NCBI RefSeq assembly: GCF_004010195.1
Contig: NC_057733.1
Span: 2,890,148 to 2,954,147, forward strand
Source: Chiloscyllium plagiosum
Lineage: Eukaryota
Length of the DNA stretch: 64,000 bases
Reading direction: 5' to 3'
Under the pieces are notes generated by a model. That model saw only the letters and a list, made by a program, of their open reading frames with translations. It ran no database searches and had not been told where the DNA came from. Both the position numbers and the translations under genes were made by a program. Within the stretch, counting starts at the first letter, position 1. Each line of letters begins with the position of its first letter. Positions 12,765 through 25,700 of this stretch are shown here, piece by piece.

Positions 12765-13780
12765 TGTATAATACTGTAGTACAGTACTGGTGGGGATGGG
12801 TCTGTCACTATATAACACTGGGGTACAGTACTGATGGGGATGGGTCTGTCACTGTATAACACTGGGGTACAGTCTTGGTGAACAGAAGTCATTTAATGAA
12901 TACATGAGGTGACTGTGAATATTGGAATTTGGAATATTGTCTACAGTTTTGGTTGCCACACTTCCAGAAAGATTTGGAGGCTTTGGAGAGGGTACAGAAA
13001 TGGTTTACCAAGATGTTGCTTGGTTTGAAAGGTATTAGCTATGAGGAGAGATTGGACAAACTTAGTTTGTTTTCACTTGAACGTCGATGGATGAGGGCAA
13101 ACTGAAAGAAGCTTACAAAATTATGAAAGGGATGGATAGAATGGATAGTTGGAGTCTTTCCCCAGGGTAGAAATGTCAATTACTAGGGGACATAGGTTTA
13201 AGATAGAGGGGGTTAAGTTTAAAGGAGATGAGAGAGACCAGTATTTTGCACAGTGGTAAGTGCGCTGCCAGAAGAAGTGGTGGAGACAGTTACAATAGCA
13301 ATGTTTAAGAGGCATCTTGACTCACATGGGAATTGGTAGTAAAAAGGGATACAGACAATGTAGATGTAAAAGATTTTTAGTTTAGAAAGACATCATGCAT
13401 TAGTGCAGTCTTGGTGGGTCAAAGGGCCTGTTCCTGTGCTGTACTGTTCTTTGTTGTTCTTTGATACAATATTGGTGGAGAAACATCTGTCACTGTATAA
13501 CACTGGGGTACAGTACTGGTGGGGACGGGTCTGTCGCTGTATAACACTGGGGTACAGTACTAGTGGGGACATTTCTGGCACTGTATAACACTGGGGTACA
13601 GTACTGATGAGGATAGGTCTGTCAGTGTATAACACTGGGGTACAGTACTGGTGGGGACAGGTCTGTCACTGTATAACACTGGGGTACAGTACTAGTGGGG
13701 ACATTTCTGGCACTGTATAACACTGGGGTACAGTACTGGTGAGGATAGGTCTGTCAGTATACAATGCTGGGGTACAGAAC
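12765..13780. repeat. 44-bp minisatellite (TCTGTCACTGTATAACACTGGGGTACAGTACTGGTGGGGACGGG), interrupted by a CR1 3' fragment at ~12920-13460
   Basis: About 2.5 units at 12765-12880 and about 7 units at 13470-13780, with 44-bp spacing (e.g. 13486 and 13530). Confidence 0.9.
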
Positions 13781-15249
13781 TGCTTGAAACACTTGGGGAA
13801 ACTGTAAATAAAATTTACCAAATTTACTGAATGATCTCCAAAGGAGAAGAAATTACCAATAAAGTTCCACTTTCTGCAGCTTTTACTTAAACACCAAACA
13901 GTACCAAAACAAATTTCACATGAAACAGATAAACAACATCTCAAATTTAAAAGATAACATTTCATACAAAAATAGATACAAAATCACAAGAATGTGCGGG
14001 GTGTGATGCACAATGAGGCATTACGTAGATATGCAGTTTCATTATATGCTGTCTTTGTCCATGCCAGGTAGTCAGGAGTTCAATCAGTCAATAGCCTTTA
14101 TTTGTGAATTTTAATGGGTATGATTATCATCTGCGAGATACCTCTCTATTAACCATCTTCTCTCTCTCTCTCAGTTCACAACAATCTTGATGGTGTAGCT
14201 TTCCAGATCCTTTTCAGCTGACATCCCGATTCAGAGTTTGGCCACTCTGGGGAAACTGCTCAGTTAGTTAGCATCTCCGAGCTGTCTTGTAGCTTTTAGG
14301 GTTTTAGACCTTGGCTAGTTTGCACAGTATTTCCAAGTGTTCTTGTCTTTTCTCTGCCAAATAGAAAAACTGACCCCTTGCTGAGTTAGTTGTATTTTTT
14401 TCTTCACGAATTCTCGGCGTCCCTCTTTCTGTCTATATCTACTTTCTGTTTGTGTCTGCATCTCAATCTTTACCCTCCATCACCACTGCCTGTTAGTTTC
14501 TACTGTAGTGTAAAAGATTAAGTCTGACTGTGTAATATGCTAATGAAAGACAGTATACATCATCCCAGGAAGTGTTGTGATATTTCATTAATTTGATCTC
14601 TTTTGCAGCCTCGTGGCAACATGAAACAATCGTAAAATGTTTTCTAATTCAGGAATAAATGAAGGGCTTGTGCCCAAATGTTGATTCTCCTGCTTCTCGG
14701 ATGCTGCCTGACCTGCTGATCTTTTCCAGTGCCACACATTTTGACTCATCAGACTCTGTAAATACTCAGTGAGTGGATAAGTATTTATTGCCTGTCCTTA
14801 AGTGCCTCTTGAACTGTGTATCATGCTCAGGCCATTTTTAAGGGCAGTTAAGGGTCAACCACATTGCTGTAGATCTGGAGTCACATGTAGGCCAGACCAG
14901 GTAGGAATAGCAATTTTCTTCCAGAAAGGACGTCACTGAACCAGCAACCAACCAACAATCATTAAATGGTTTCCCTGAGGGTTGCTTTTGATTCTAGATA
15001 TTTACTAATTTAAATTTCATGGAAATTAAACCCATACTTCTAGACCATTATCTTGAAATTCTGGATTATTAGCACAGTCATATTACCGTTATGTCAGCAC
15101 CTCCCTTCAATTGTTGTCTACGCATATGATATCCTAGTCAGGCAAGAGTTTGTTGAACAAAAAAGTACTGGAAATAATTAAATATTTAATGCCTTTTTCA
15201 ATAAGTACAGGCCAGCCAGTGACACGCACATCCCACAAATCTATAAATA

Positions 15250-17890
15250 AAATCTCCTCTGAACCCTTTCCAAAGCTTCCACATCCTTCCTATAATGCGG
15301 TGACCAGAACTGCATGCAATACTCCAAGTGCAACCGCACCAGAGTTTTGCAGCATGACCTCATTGTTCTGAAACGCGATCCCCCTACTAATAAAAGCTAA
15401 CACACTCTATGCCATCTTAACAGCCCTATCAACCTGGGTGCCAATTTTAAGTAATCTAAAGTACATGAACACTGAGATATCTCTGCTCATCTACACTACG
15501 AAGGATCTTACCATTTGCCCAGTATTCTGCATTCCTGTTACTCCTTCCAAAATGAATCACCTCACACTTTTTTGCATTAAACTCCATTTGCCACTTCTCA
15601 GCCCAGCTCTGCAGTTTATCTATGTCCTTCTGAAACCTACAACATTCTTCTGCACTACCCCCAACTGTACCAACCTTACTGTTGTCCACAAATTTATTAG
15701 TCCATCCTTCTATGCCTCATACAGGTCATTTATAAAAATGACAAACAGCAGTGGACCCAAAACAGATCCTTGTGGTACACCACTGGTAATTGAACTCCAC
15801 GTTGAAATCTTTCCTATCAACCACCGCTCGCTGTCTTCTTTCAGCTAGCCAATTTCTGATCCAAACCGCTAAATCATCCTCAATCCCATGCCTCCACATT
15901 TTGTGCAGTAGCCTACCATGGGGAACCTTATCAAAAGCCTTACTGAAATCCATATCCACATCAACGGCTTTACCCTCATTCACCTGTTTGATCACCTTCT
16001 CAAAGGACTCAATAAGACTTGAGGCAATACCTTCACAAAACCATATTGACTATCTCTAACCAATTTATTCCTATCGAGATGATCATAAATCCTATTTCTT
16101 ATAACCTTTTCCAACACTTTACTCACAACCAAAGTACGGCTCACTGGTCTGTCATTTCCAGGGTTGTCTCTACTCCCCTTCTTGAACAAGAGAACAACAT
16201 TTGCTATCCTCCAGTCTTCTGGCACCATTCCTGTAGGTAATGATGACATAAAGATCACAGCCATAGGCTCTGCAATCTCCTCCCTGGCTTCCCAGAGAAT
16301 CCTGGGTTAAATACTATCCAGCCCAGGGAATTTATCTATTTTCACGTTTTCCTGAATTGCTAACACCTCCTTCTTGTGAACCTTAATCCCATCTAGTCTA
16401 GTAGCCTGTTTCTCAGTATTCTCCTCGACAACATTGTCTTTTTCCAGTGTGAATACTGATGAAAATATTCATTTAGCGCTTCCCCTATCTCCTTTGACTC
16501 CATGCACAACTTCCCACTACTGTCCTTGATCGGCATCTCCAAATCTAGAATAAGATTAGGGCCAGTGTTGGACTGGGGTGTACAAAGTTAAAAATCACAC
16601 AACACCAGGTTATAGTCACAACCATCTGATGAAGGAGCAGCGCTCCAAAAGCTAGTGCTCCCAATTAAACCTGTTCGACTATAACCTGGGTGGTGGGTGA
16701 TTTTAAATCTTATTCTAGTCATTCTTTTACCCCTTATATACCTAGAGACATCTTTAGGGTTTTCCCTGATCCTACCTGCGAACAACCTCTCATGTCCCCT
16801 CCTCGCTCATCTTAGCTTTCCCTTTGGGTCTTTCCTGGCTACCTTGTAACTCTCAATTGCCCCAACTGAATCTTCACATCTCATCCTAACTCTTCTTCCT
16901 CTTGACAAGTGTCGGAGAAATTTGCCCAATAGGTTAAAGATCACAAAACACCATTCGAAGTGAAATTGACAAAACAGTTTATTGCGAGCGATATCGCTGG
17001 AAGAGAAATTGACTAGGCTGACACAGAACTGACCGTCTGTACAGGTAGATCAGAATTTCTCTTCCCAGAGCGGAGGATGAGACTAGTTTTATAGCAATGC
17101 TGCACAATGACACTGATTAGGAAATGGGAAACTACAATATATCTAGAAATGGAGTAATCTAGTTACAAGGATGCTAATTGGAAAACAAATATCGGATGAA
17201 TGTCCTGTTCCTTCATACAATGCAATATCCTGACAGTGACAACGGTTCCATTCCTCTTCACAGGTAGGTGTTAATGTCTCTTCTGAAGTGTTGAGGTGCT
17301 TCCATTGTCCTGTGGTACCTCTCTGTCTGACCTGCTCTTTGTGTGGCTTTGGTATTCCTGGGTTGTGAAACTGCCCTTAGGGCTTTGAGATATCTGTGGT
17401 GCTCTGTCATGTCCATGGCAGCTTAAAGCGTATTCCCTTGTATGCGTGCTGTCTGATTCAGCTTGTGAACTGCTCGGGAATTCTGGGTGTTCTGGTACAA
17501 TTTGGCCAATTTTGCTTTTGTGGGCCCATCATGGATTAGCAAATATTTTCCCACAACAAGTGATTTAATTTCCTTAGTAAACCACGGCTCCTGCGCTCGA
17601 CAACTTCCTCCTGCGCTCAACAACTTCCTCCCTGTCTCAGACATACATACTTATCAAGGACAGGCACTAACTGTTCCTTGAATAAGCTCCACATCCTCTG
17701 CAGTTTCCTTCCCCATCCTATGCATCCTAATTCTTGCCTAATTGCATCGTAATTACCCTTCCCCAGCTGTAGCACTTGCCATCTGTTTCATTGCTAAAGT
17801 AAACATAACTGAAATGTGGTCACTATCACCAAAGTGCTCACCTACCTCCAAATTTAACACCCAGTACCAAATCTAATGTGGCTTTGCCCC
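15250..17890 (-). mobile_element. CR1 LINE ORF2 fragment with nested insertions
   Basis: [17 protein letters not shown] and KWQMEFNAKKCEVIHFG on the minus strand. Interrupted at ~16540-16710 and 16910-17555. Confidence 0.9.
16910..17555 (-). mobile_element. Solo LTR (646 bp) with 5-bp TSD ACAAG
   Basis: TG...CA termini with imperfect inverted ends. ACAAG at 16905-16909 and 17556-17560. Minus-strand TATAAAA (~17090) upstream of AATAAA (16983-16978). Confidence 0.85.
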
Positions 17891-18079
17891 TTGTGGTTCA
17901 GCAAGAGGTCAGCAAGCAAAATTATGTTGAATTTGGCATGACGGACATCAAAATTGCAAAAGAACTGATTCAGTGGAGTGTGTTAAGTTGAAAAACAGAA
18001 AGCTAATTGACCAAAAAATCCTGGAGGGAGAAAGTGTTTGCATTAACCACTCCAGCTAACTGTCATTGGTATGGCAAGA

Positions 18080-19095
18080 ATCACAGGAACAAAACTTGTC
18101 CCACCAAGTTCAGTAACCTAGATCTCTGGTCCACCCTCTGCAACTGGATCCTCAACTTCCTGACTCACAGGTCGCAATCAGTGAGAATAGACAACAGCAC
18201 CGGTGCCCTGCAAGGCTGGGTACTCAGCACCTTAATGTACTCCCTGTACACTCAGGACGAAATTTGGCCACACAGTCCCAACTCCATCTACAAGTTTGCA
18301 GATGATACCACCATTGTAGGCTGGATCTCAAACAATGGCGAGACAGATACAGTAAACAGACAGAGTGCTTGGCATTGTGGTGTAAAAATAATAATCTCTC
18401 CCTCAATGTCAGCAAAACTAAAGAGCTGGTCATTGACTTCAGGAAACAAGGTGGAGGGCACGCTCTTATCTACATCAATGGAGCTGAGGTGGAGCTGGTC
18501 GAAAGCATCAAGTTCCCAGGAGTGCCAATCACCAACATCAGTCCTGGATCATCCACATTAATGTGATGGTCAGGAAGGCACAACATACCTCTACTTGCTC
18601 AGGAGATGAAGGAAATTCAGCACCTCCATACCTTTACCAACCTTTAGAGATGCACTATAGAAAGTATTCGTTCCACGTGCATCACGGTTTGGTATGGCAA
18701 CATTCTGCCCAAGACATTAAGAAACTAAAAGTTATGAACATAGCATCTGTCCAATACACAAGCCAACCTTCCAGCCATTGACTCCATCTACATTTCTTGC
18801 TGTCTCGGAAGGACAGCCAAACATCATCAAAGACCCCTCCCAACCTAGTTATAATCTCTTCCAATCACTTCCATCAGGCAGAAAATACAAAAGCTTAAAC
18901 ACATGTACCAATAGGTTTGAGGACCGGTTATTTCCCGCTGTTATTAGACTACTGAATGGAACTCTCAAATTTCAAATCGAATGTTGATCTTACCTTTTGT
19001 GCACCTTCTCTTCAGCCATAATATTGTATTCCTTCCCCTTCTCTATCAGCCTATGAACTTTGTATGATATGGTCTGCCTGTACTGCATAAACTGT
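18080..19095 (+). mobile_element. Rex1/Babar-like LINE RT 3' fragment
   Basis: TLCNWILNFLT..., GALQGWVLS, SIYKFADDTTIVG and WCKNNNLSLNVSKTKELVIDFRK. Confidence 0.8.
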
Positions 19096-19099
19096 GTAT

Positions 19100-20964
19100 C
19101 ACAGCAAGGTCAAATCTAAAGGAAAGCCAGCAAAACATGGCAAGATCCACGAATAGAAGACATAAATGTGGAAATGTCTTTTTGTTTTGGCAAGTCCAAG
19201 GAACCAAGCAGAAGCTACTGTGATGCTAATGACCATATAGATAGAAAGAAGACATTCTTTAAGTTCGGCACAGAGGCAGCAGTTTCAGTTCTTTCTGATA
19301 CCGAAGATAAGTTGAAGAAAATATACTTGAACATAAGTTCCTTCAACCATCATGCTTTTAAATTGTGTGGACGGGGCTATAGAACTCAGGCCATATGTCA
19401 ACTGAATCGAACTTTTTACAACATAGAGAGAAAAATCTTAAAACCATACATTTTATCTTAACCCAGAGTTATTCACTCCAAACCAGGAAAACCTGTACTG
19501 ATTTACCTCTGACTTGCAGAGTTGAAGAACTGAAAGACCAAGAAAATCAGACTTAAACTTCAGAATGGAACTTCTAAGGCTATTCACAGGACTAGAAAAC
19601 CTAAAGATAGCATATCATACACTAATATTTGTTTTTGGCAACTACCCTCTGATGAAGAGTCTAAATTGCTCACAGCCTTCATTACAGTGTTTGGGAGGTT
19701 TTCTTGCAATCACATCAGACCAAGGATTTTCTAGAGAACAATACCAAATATCAAGACCCACTGGAAGGAGTCATATGTCACATGGATGATGCCCTGATCG
19801 ATAGATCCTTTGAGACAGAATATAACACCAGAGTGAATGCCTATAGAAAACAGGACTTACAACAACCAACACATGCAACTGTTATGCTCATGTCCTGGAT
19901 GGATTAGTGTCACAGTAAATTCACAGAAGGCAAGAGTGGTTTGAGGATTTCCAGCTCGTTGCAAAATTACTGAGCTCTAGAAATTCATGACAGGATAAAC
20001 TTAGAGATAAAGATTCTGCCCAACCAAGCTGTCATCAACAAGCCACACCAGCACTTACGACAAGACAATATATCATCCAGGAAGGAAGCACAATAGAGAT
20101 TTTGTTTGGAGAAATTTTAACTCACTATGGCCCAGAGCTACCTACTGTCATTGCTGTAGATGCATCTTATGCAGGACTGGGATCTGCACTCTTTCAGATA
20201 CAGTTGAATGGACAGCATAGACCAGTTTATTATACACGCTATCCAGTGGGAGACAGAACAGAGACATGCAATAATAGATAATGAAGCATTCACTGCTATG
20301 TGGACTTGTGAAAAATTTGCAGATTATCTTCTTGGTCTTCAAGACAGAGTAAGACCACAAACTCTTAGAAACCTTCAAATTCAAAGGAGTTATGGGAAAA
20401 AGGCCACCACAACTACACCAATTCAGACCAGAATGATAAGTCTTAATGCAAAGACAGAGTTGGTCGAGGAAAACTGACAATAGACGATGCTTTGACTTGT
20501 GTCCTGTGGAAAGATATTGTTTAAATGAAAAGGTGAAAACCTTTAATAATAACCACAACTCTACCAGCAAACAAAATCAAAGATGCACAAAAAAATGTCA
20601 CTGTGTACTATTTTAAAAGATGGGCAGCATGTATGCCACACAATCTCCTCCAAATGAGCTGAGAACATTTTTGGGTAGATTAGTGAAACCATCATAGTCA
20701 ATATGCCTGTAAAAAAGAAACTGAAGCTACAGACTTGAAGAGAAGGTGTAATACAATAGATGGAATGATAAATGTGCATGTGAATTAGTGTAAGGGGTTA
20801 GGTCTGGCTGTGAGATATGCATGATCACAGGAAGTGGTGCAACACCACATGATCTTTCTTTCCATTGCAGCCCTGTAACAAGATGAAGCCACAGTAAAAT
20901 TTATTTTTCAATAAAGTTAATGTTTTCCTTACCACCGCTGCACAACAGGATCAAGTACATTACA
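19100..20964 (+). mobile_element. Decayed Ty3/Gypsy pol remnant with 3' LTR (20747-20964)
   Basis: Protease-like FKFGTEAAVSV, RT LEGVICHMDD, RNase H VDASYAGLG...WTCEKFADYLLG. Polypurine tract GAAGAGAAGG, then TGTAAT...ATTACA termini. Confidence 0.8.
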
Positions 20965-21701
20965 TCCGCAGCTCTCCGTTGTGTCTGATGACATGGTGTC
21001 CGTGTCTTAACTTTGTTTCTGTTGGTACTGCCTTCATGTCAAATGTTGCCAGCTCATTTGATTGGTATTTCTTAATATCCAGAAAAGTTAAACATACTCA
21101 AAAGCAATTACAAACATTTTAATTAAATTTCAATTTTTCTCACTAGGTTAAACTTCATCCCTCCTTATCCCACCAATTTTCCACGTGAAACATTATTGTT
21201 GTTGAGGAATAAATTACCCAGTGGAGGTGCCGGTGTTGGACTGGCTGGACAAAGTTAAATATCACAACACTAGGATATAGTCCAACAGATTTATTTGAAG
21301 ATACTGCACTAGCTTTATTCCAAGTCAAGTACCACACAGGTTAGATACAATAGAATGAAACCTTCCCTTTTATTGTCTTGTTAAATGTTTGTGGGTTTAG
21401 TAAAGATCGTACGTTGATCATCTTCTTTTGCACTTCCATTAAACACTCTGTGAAGAAGGAAGATTTACTTTGTATCTAGTCTGTACTGTAAGCAGTTAGT
21501 ATCAAGGTAAAGAACAGTTTCATGTCATTATTCTTGACTGGTCATGAACTCTGGTGAATGAAATAAACTCTTCTATTATAATTTTATTGCTGTAAAGTGG
21601 TGACTGCTGTTGATGTATATGAAGCTCAGAGCCTGTGTGTTTATTTAATGTAAAAATGGACAGGACCTCTTCGCAGGTGTGGAAGATGCAAAATTACTTA
21701 C

Positions 21702-21810
21702 TTGATGTGGCATCAGATAAACAGTTCCCTTCCTCGAGCCTTTGAAAGCCTCCAATGTGACATTCCTGTCAACGAATGACAGCTTCACATAATCACAAAA
21801 CATCAGAAAG
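21702..21810 (-). CDS. WBP2/WBP2NL-like protein, coding exon 2 (FLMFCDYVKLSFVDRNVTLEAFKGSRKGTVYLMPHQ)
   Basis: Acceptor ttcttatgcttgcag, donor CAA|GTAAGT, 109 nt. Aligns by eye with WBP2 SILMSYDHVELTF...EAFKGTKKGTVYLTPYR. Confidence 0.9.
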
Positions 21811-22298
21811 CTGCAAGCATAAGAAACAGGAACATAATGTTACGCCAATACAAGTATGGTTTTCTACCTCCTGTGACCAATGAGATCACCCTAGGTAGCT
21901 TTGTCTCCAGGAAAGTTTAAAGGATAGCTTCACAGTAAACCTCTCCACTATCTTATTCAGGTTTACAGCCTAAACAGTGAATACTGTGTGGCTTATGGAT
22001 TACCTGATATCCACACAAGTACCTTCTGGCAGAGATTATTAGAAAGCAACCGGGAATGATTGAGGAGTCTACAATGAGAGGGCAGAGGTATTACATTTTT
22101 GATTTGGGACAAAGTTTAGGAAAATAATTTCATTTTCATGCATTTGGTTTCAATTATGGAGGCAGGATAGTTATGATGTAGTTGAAGTAAAGGAGGGGTA
22201 AAGGGATATAAGAGTAGGATATGAATATGGAATTTGAATTACTTCTCATTCAGAATGAATGACTATACTGGCAGCTTGGGTTAAACAGCTTTGTGTTG

Positions 22299-22525
22299 TG
22301 TAGTGACTAGAATAAGGTTGGCCAGGTGGATCTCATTGAATAAGAGTTCCTGATTGGCCCAAGTTAACAGCCCCAATCAGGCAGTCCTGGCTAACAGATA
22401 TAAACAGGATTCTCAGGAATCCTGTTCACTCTAAGGACCAGTTCTGAGCTAGGTGGCTAGAGTCCATGTATTGTGCTTGTGTAAATAAAGGGTGATGGGA
22501 TATTGGCTTCTGTGGGGCTTATTTC
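22299..22525 (+). mobile_element. Probable short solo LTR
   Basis: TG...CA ends with internal TATAAA and AATAAA; boundaries approximate. Confidence 0.45.
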
Positions 22526-22769
22526 AGTTGCAATTATATATTAGATTAGCTAAGTGGCCAGAAGGTAGTGAATTCAAATTCTACTCCAGGGTATTAACCA
22601 TGTAATCCAGACTGACAGTTCAGTGCTGTATTGGGAAACAGCACTATTGGAGGTGTCATCTTGTAGATGAAATACTGGACAAAGCCTGATATGGTTTGTC
22701 AATAGAATACAAACGACCCCCTTCTTCAAAAATAAAGGAGTTATAAAAACAAAGGAAGATTCTGAGTAA

Positions 22770-25700
22770 TCCAAGATGGAGGACAGGAAAAATTGTGGTT
22801 CTAAGAGCGGCTCCTTTTCTTTTGAAGTATTTTCAGAGTTGGAGCTGATTTTCTTGAATTCAAGGAATAATCATTACTGTTTTATAAGCTGTTGCATTGT
22901 TTTGGGAGAATAAAATAAAAACAACAGCACTTTTAAAAAGGAGGAAGCGAGAACAAAAGCAGAGACCACATGGGAAGTGATTCAAATGAGAAAGAAACCT
23001 ACACTGCTGCCTGACCCAGCAATGAATCTGCACAGATACTGCCTCTGCTGTTTGAGCACAATTATCTCTGGGCATCGGATTGTGTCTAAGAAAATAAAAA
23101 CAGCAAAATTCATAGCTGTCTTTGGAGAAACCTGTGTAGGAGGACTTACAACAGGGGAGATGCTAAGTGTAACCTCACTTTTTAAAAAATCTACAATAGT
23201 GTGTAGAGTGGTTTTTTTTATTATATGTTTTACTAAGATCTGTCTTGCTTCAATTTTAAAAATATAAAACATAGGTAATAAGTTAGCCTGGAGCAATGTG
23301 TTTTAGAGCGGTACGACTGCTACTTTCTGCATCTGTAGTTTAAGGTGCAAAGATAGCCTTTAGTAGAGTGATATGCGCATCTTGTCAGATGTGGGAGATT
23401 ACAGACAGCTTCCTGCATGAAGTATGTTTGGTTGCAAGTCCTACTGGAGAAGCATGGATCAGTTGGAGCGGCAATTAGAGGCAATAAAGAATTTACAGGA
23501 GCTGGGGGTATGATGGAGGGCAGTTATAGGAAGGGTGAAAAGCCACAGATACAGTCAGATAGATGGGTTACCTCCAGGAAAGGTAAGAGAGGGAGGCAGG
23601 TTATGCACGAGACTCCCATGCGATCCCCATCTCAAGCAAATATGCTGTTTTGGAAAATGTAGGGGTGAGGGACTGTCAGGGGAATGTAGTGTGAATGGAT
23701 GGCAGTTATAGGAAGGGAGAAAAGTTGCAGATACAGTCACATAGATGGGTTAACTCCAGGAAAAGTAAGAGAGGTAGGCAGCCAGTGCAGGAGTCTTCTG
23801 TGGCTATCCCAATTTCAAACAAGTATGCTGATTTGGAAAATGTAGGGGGCGATGGATTCTCAGGGGAATGTAGCGCAAACAGCCAAGAATCTGGTATCAA
23901 GACTGGCTCTAATGCAACGAGGGTATGTTGGGTTTCAAGAAATCAATTGTGTCGGGGACTCTCTAGTCTGAGGCACAGATAAGACATTTCTGTGGCCAGC
24001 AGCGAAAAATCAGAATGGTGTGTTACCTCCCTAGTGCCAGGATCAAGGATGTCTGAGAGGGTGCAGAATGTCCTCAAGGGGGAGAGGGCCCAGCAGGAGG
24101 TCATTGTACACATTGGAACCAATGACACAGGAAGGGAAAAGGATGAGATTCTGAAGGAAGAATAGAGAGAGTTAGGCAGGAATTTAAAAAGGAGGTCTTC
24201 AGGAGTACTAATATCTGGATTACTCTCAGTGCTGCGAGCTAGTGAGGGCAGGAATAGGAGGAAAGAGCAGATAAATGCATGGCTGAGGAGCTGGCGTATT
24301 GGAGAAGGATTCATATTTTTGGATCATTGGAATCTCTTCTGGGGTAGAAGTGACCTGTACAAGAAGGACTTATTGCACCTGAATTGAAGAGGACTAATAT
24401 ACTAGCAGGGAGATTTGCGAGAGTTGCTCGGAAGGATTTAAACTATTAAGGTGGCGGGTGGGACCCAGGGAGATAGTGAGGAAAGAGATCAATCTGAGAC
24501 TGGCACAGTTGAGAAAAGAAGCAAGTCAGTCAGGGAAAGCAGGGACAAAGCAGAGAACAAGGTAGGACTGATCAATTAAACTGCATTTATTTCAGTGCAA
24601 GAGGCCTGACAGGGAAAGCAGATGAACTCAGGGCATGGTTAGGAATATGGAACTGGGACATTGTAGCAATTTCAGAAATGGGGCTCAGGAATGGACTGAC
24701 AGCTTAATGTTCCAGGACACACATGCTGTAGGAAGGATAGAAAGTGGGGGGGGGGGGGCAAGAGAGGAGGGTGTGGTGTTTTTGATAAGAGATAGCATTA
24801 CAGCTGTACTGAAGGAGGATATTCCTGGAAATGCATCCAGGGAAGTTATTTGGGTGGAACTGAGAAATAAGAAAGGGATGATCACCTTATTGGGATTGTA
24901 TTATAGACCCCCTAATAGTCAGCATGAAATTAACAAACAAATTTGTAAGGAGATCTCCGTTATCTGTCAGAGTAATAGGGTGATTATGGTAGGGGATTTT
25001 AACTTTCTAAACATAGACTGGGACTACCATAGTGTTAAAGGTTTAGATGTAGAGGAAAGTTTCAAGTGTGTACAAGAACGTTTTCTGATTCACAGCAGAG
25101 AGCGGCGAGAGCTGGGCGGAAGTGAAGTTGGAGCGCAGAGCTGGTCGGGGAGGTAAGTGATTGATATTTGAGTGGGTGTGTTCTACGGTGTGTCACGGTG
25201 CCACGTGACAGTGAGGCAAGGAATAGGGAGAGAGTGCAGTTGAACACGTGGCTGCAAGGATGGTGTAGGAGGGAGGGTTTCAGGTATTTGGACAATTGGA
25301 CTNNNNNNNNNNNNNNNNNNNNNNNNNNNNNNNNNNNNNNNNNNNNNNNNNNNNNNNNNNNNNNNNNNNNNNNNNNNNNNNNNNNNNNNNNNNNNNNNNN
25401 NNNNNNNNNNNNNNNNNNNNNNNNNNNNNNNNNNNNNNNNNNNNNNNNNNNNNNNNNNNNNNNNNNNNNNNNNNNNNNNNNNNNNNNNNNNNNNNNNNNN
25501 NNNNNNNNNNNNNNNNNNNNNNNNNNNNNNNNNNNNNNNNNNNNNNNNNNNNNNNNNNNNNNNNNNNNNNNNNNNNNNNNNNNNNNNNNNNNNNNNNNNN
25601 NNNNNNNNNNNNNNNNNNNNNNNNNNNNNNNNNNNNNNNNNNNNNNNNNNNNNNNNNNNNNNNNNNNNNNNNNNNNNNNNNNNNNNNNNNNNNTCTGCTT

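Noticed and set aside
13470-13780. Regular repeats resembling a CRISPR array
   Set aside because: The units are contiguous 44-bp tandem copies with no unique spacers, the context is eukaryotic, and there are no cas genes.
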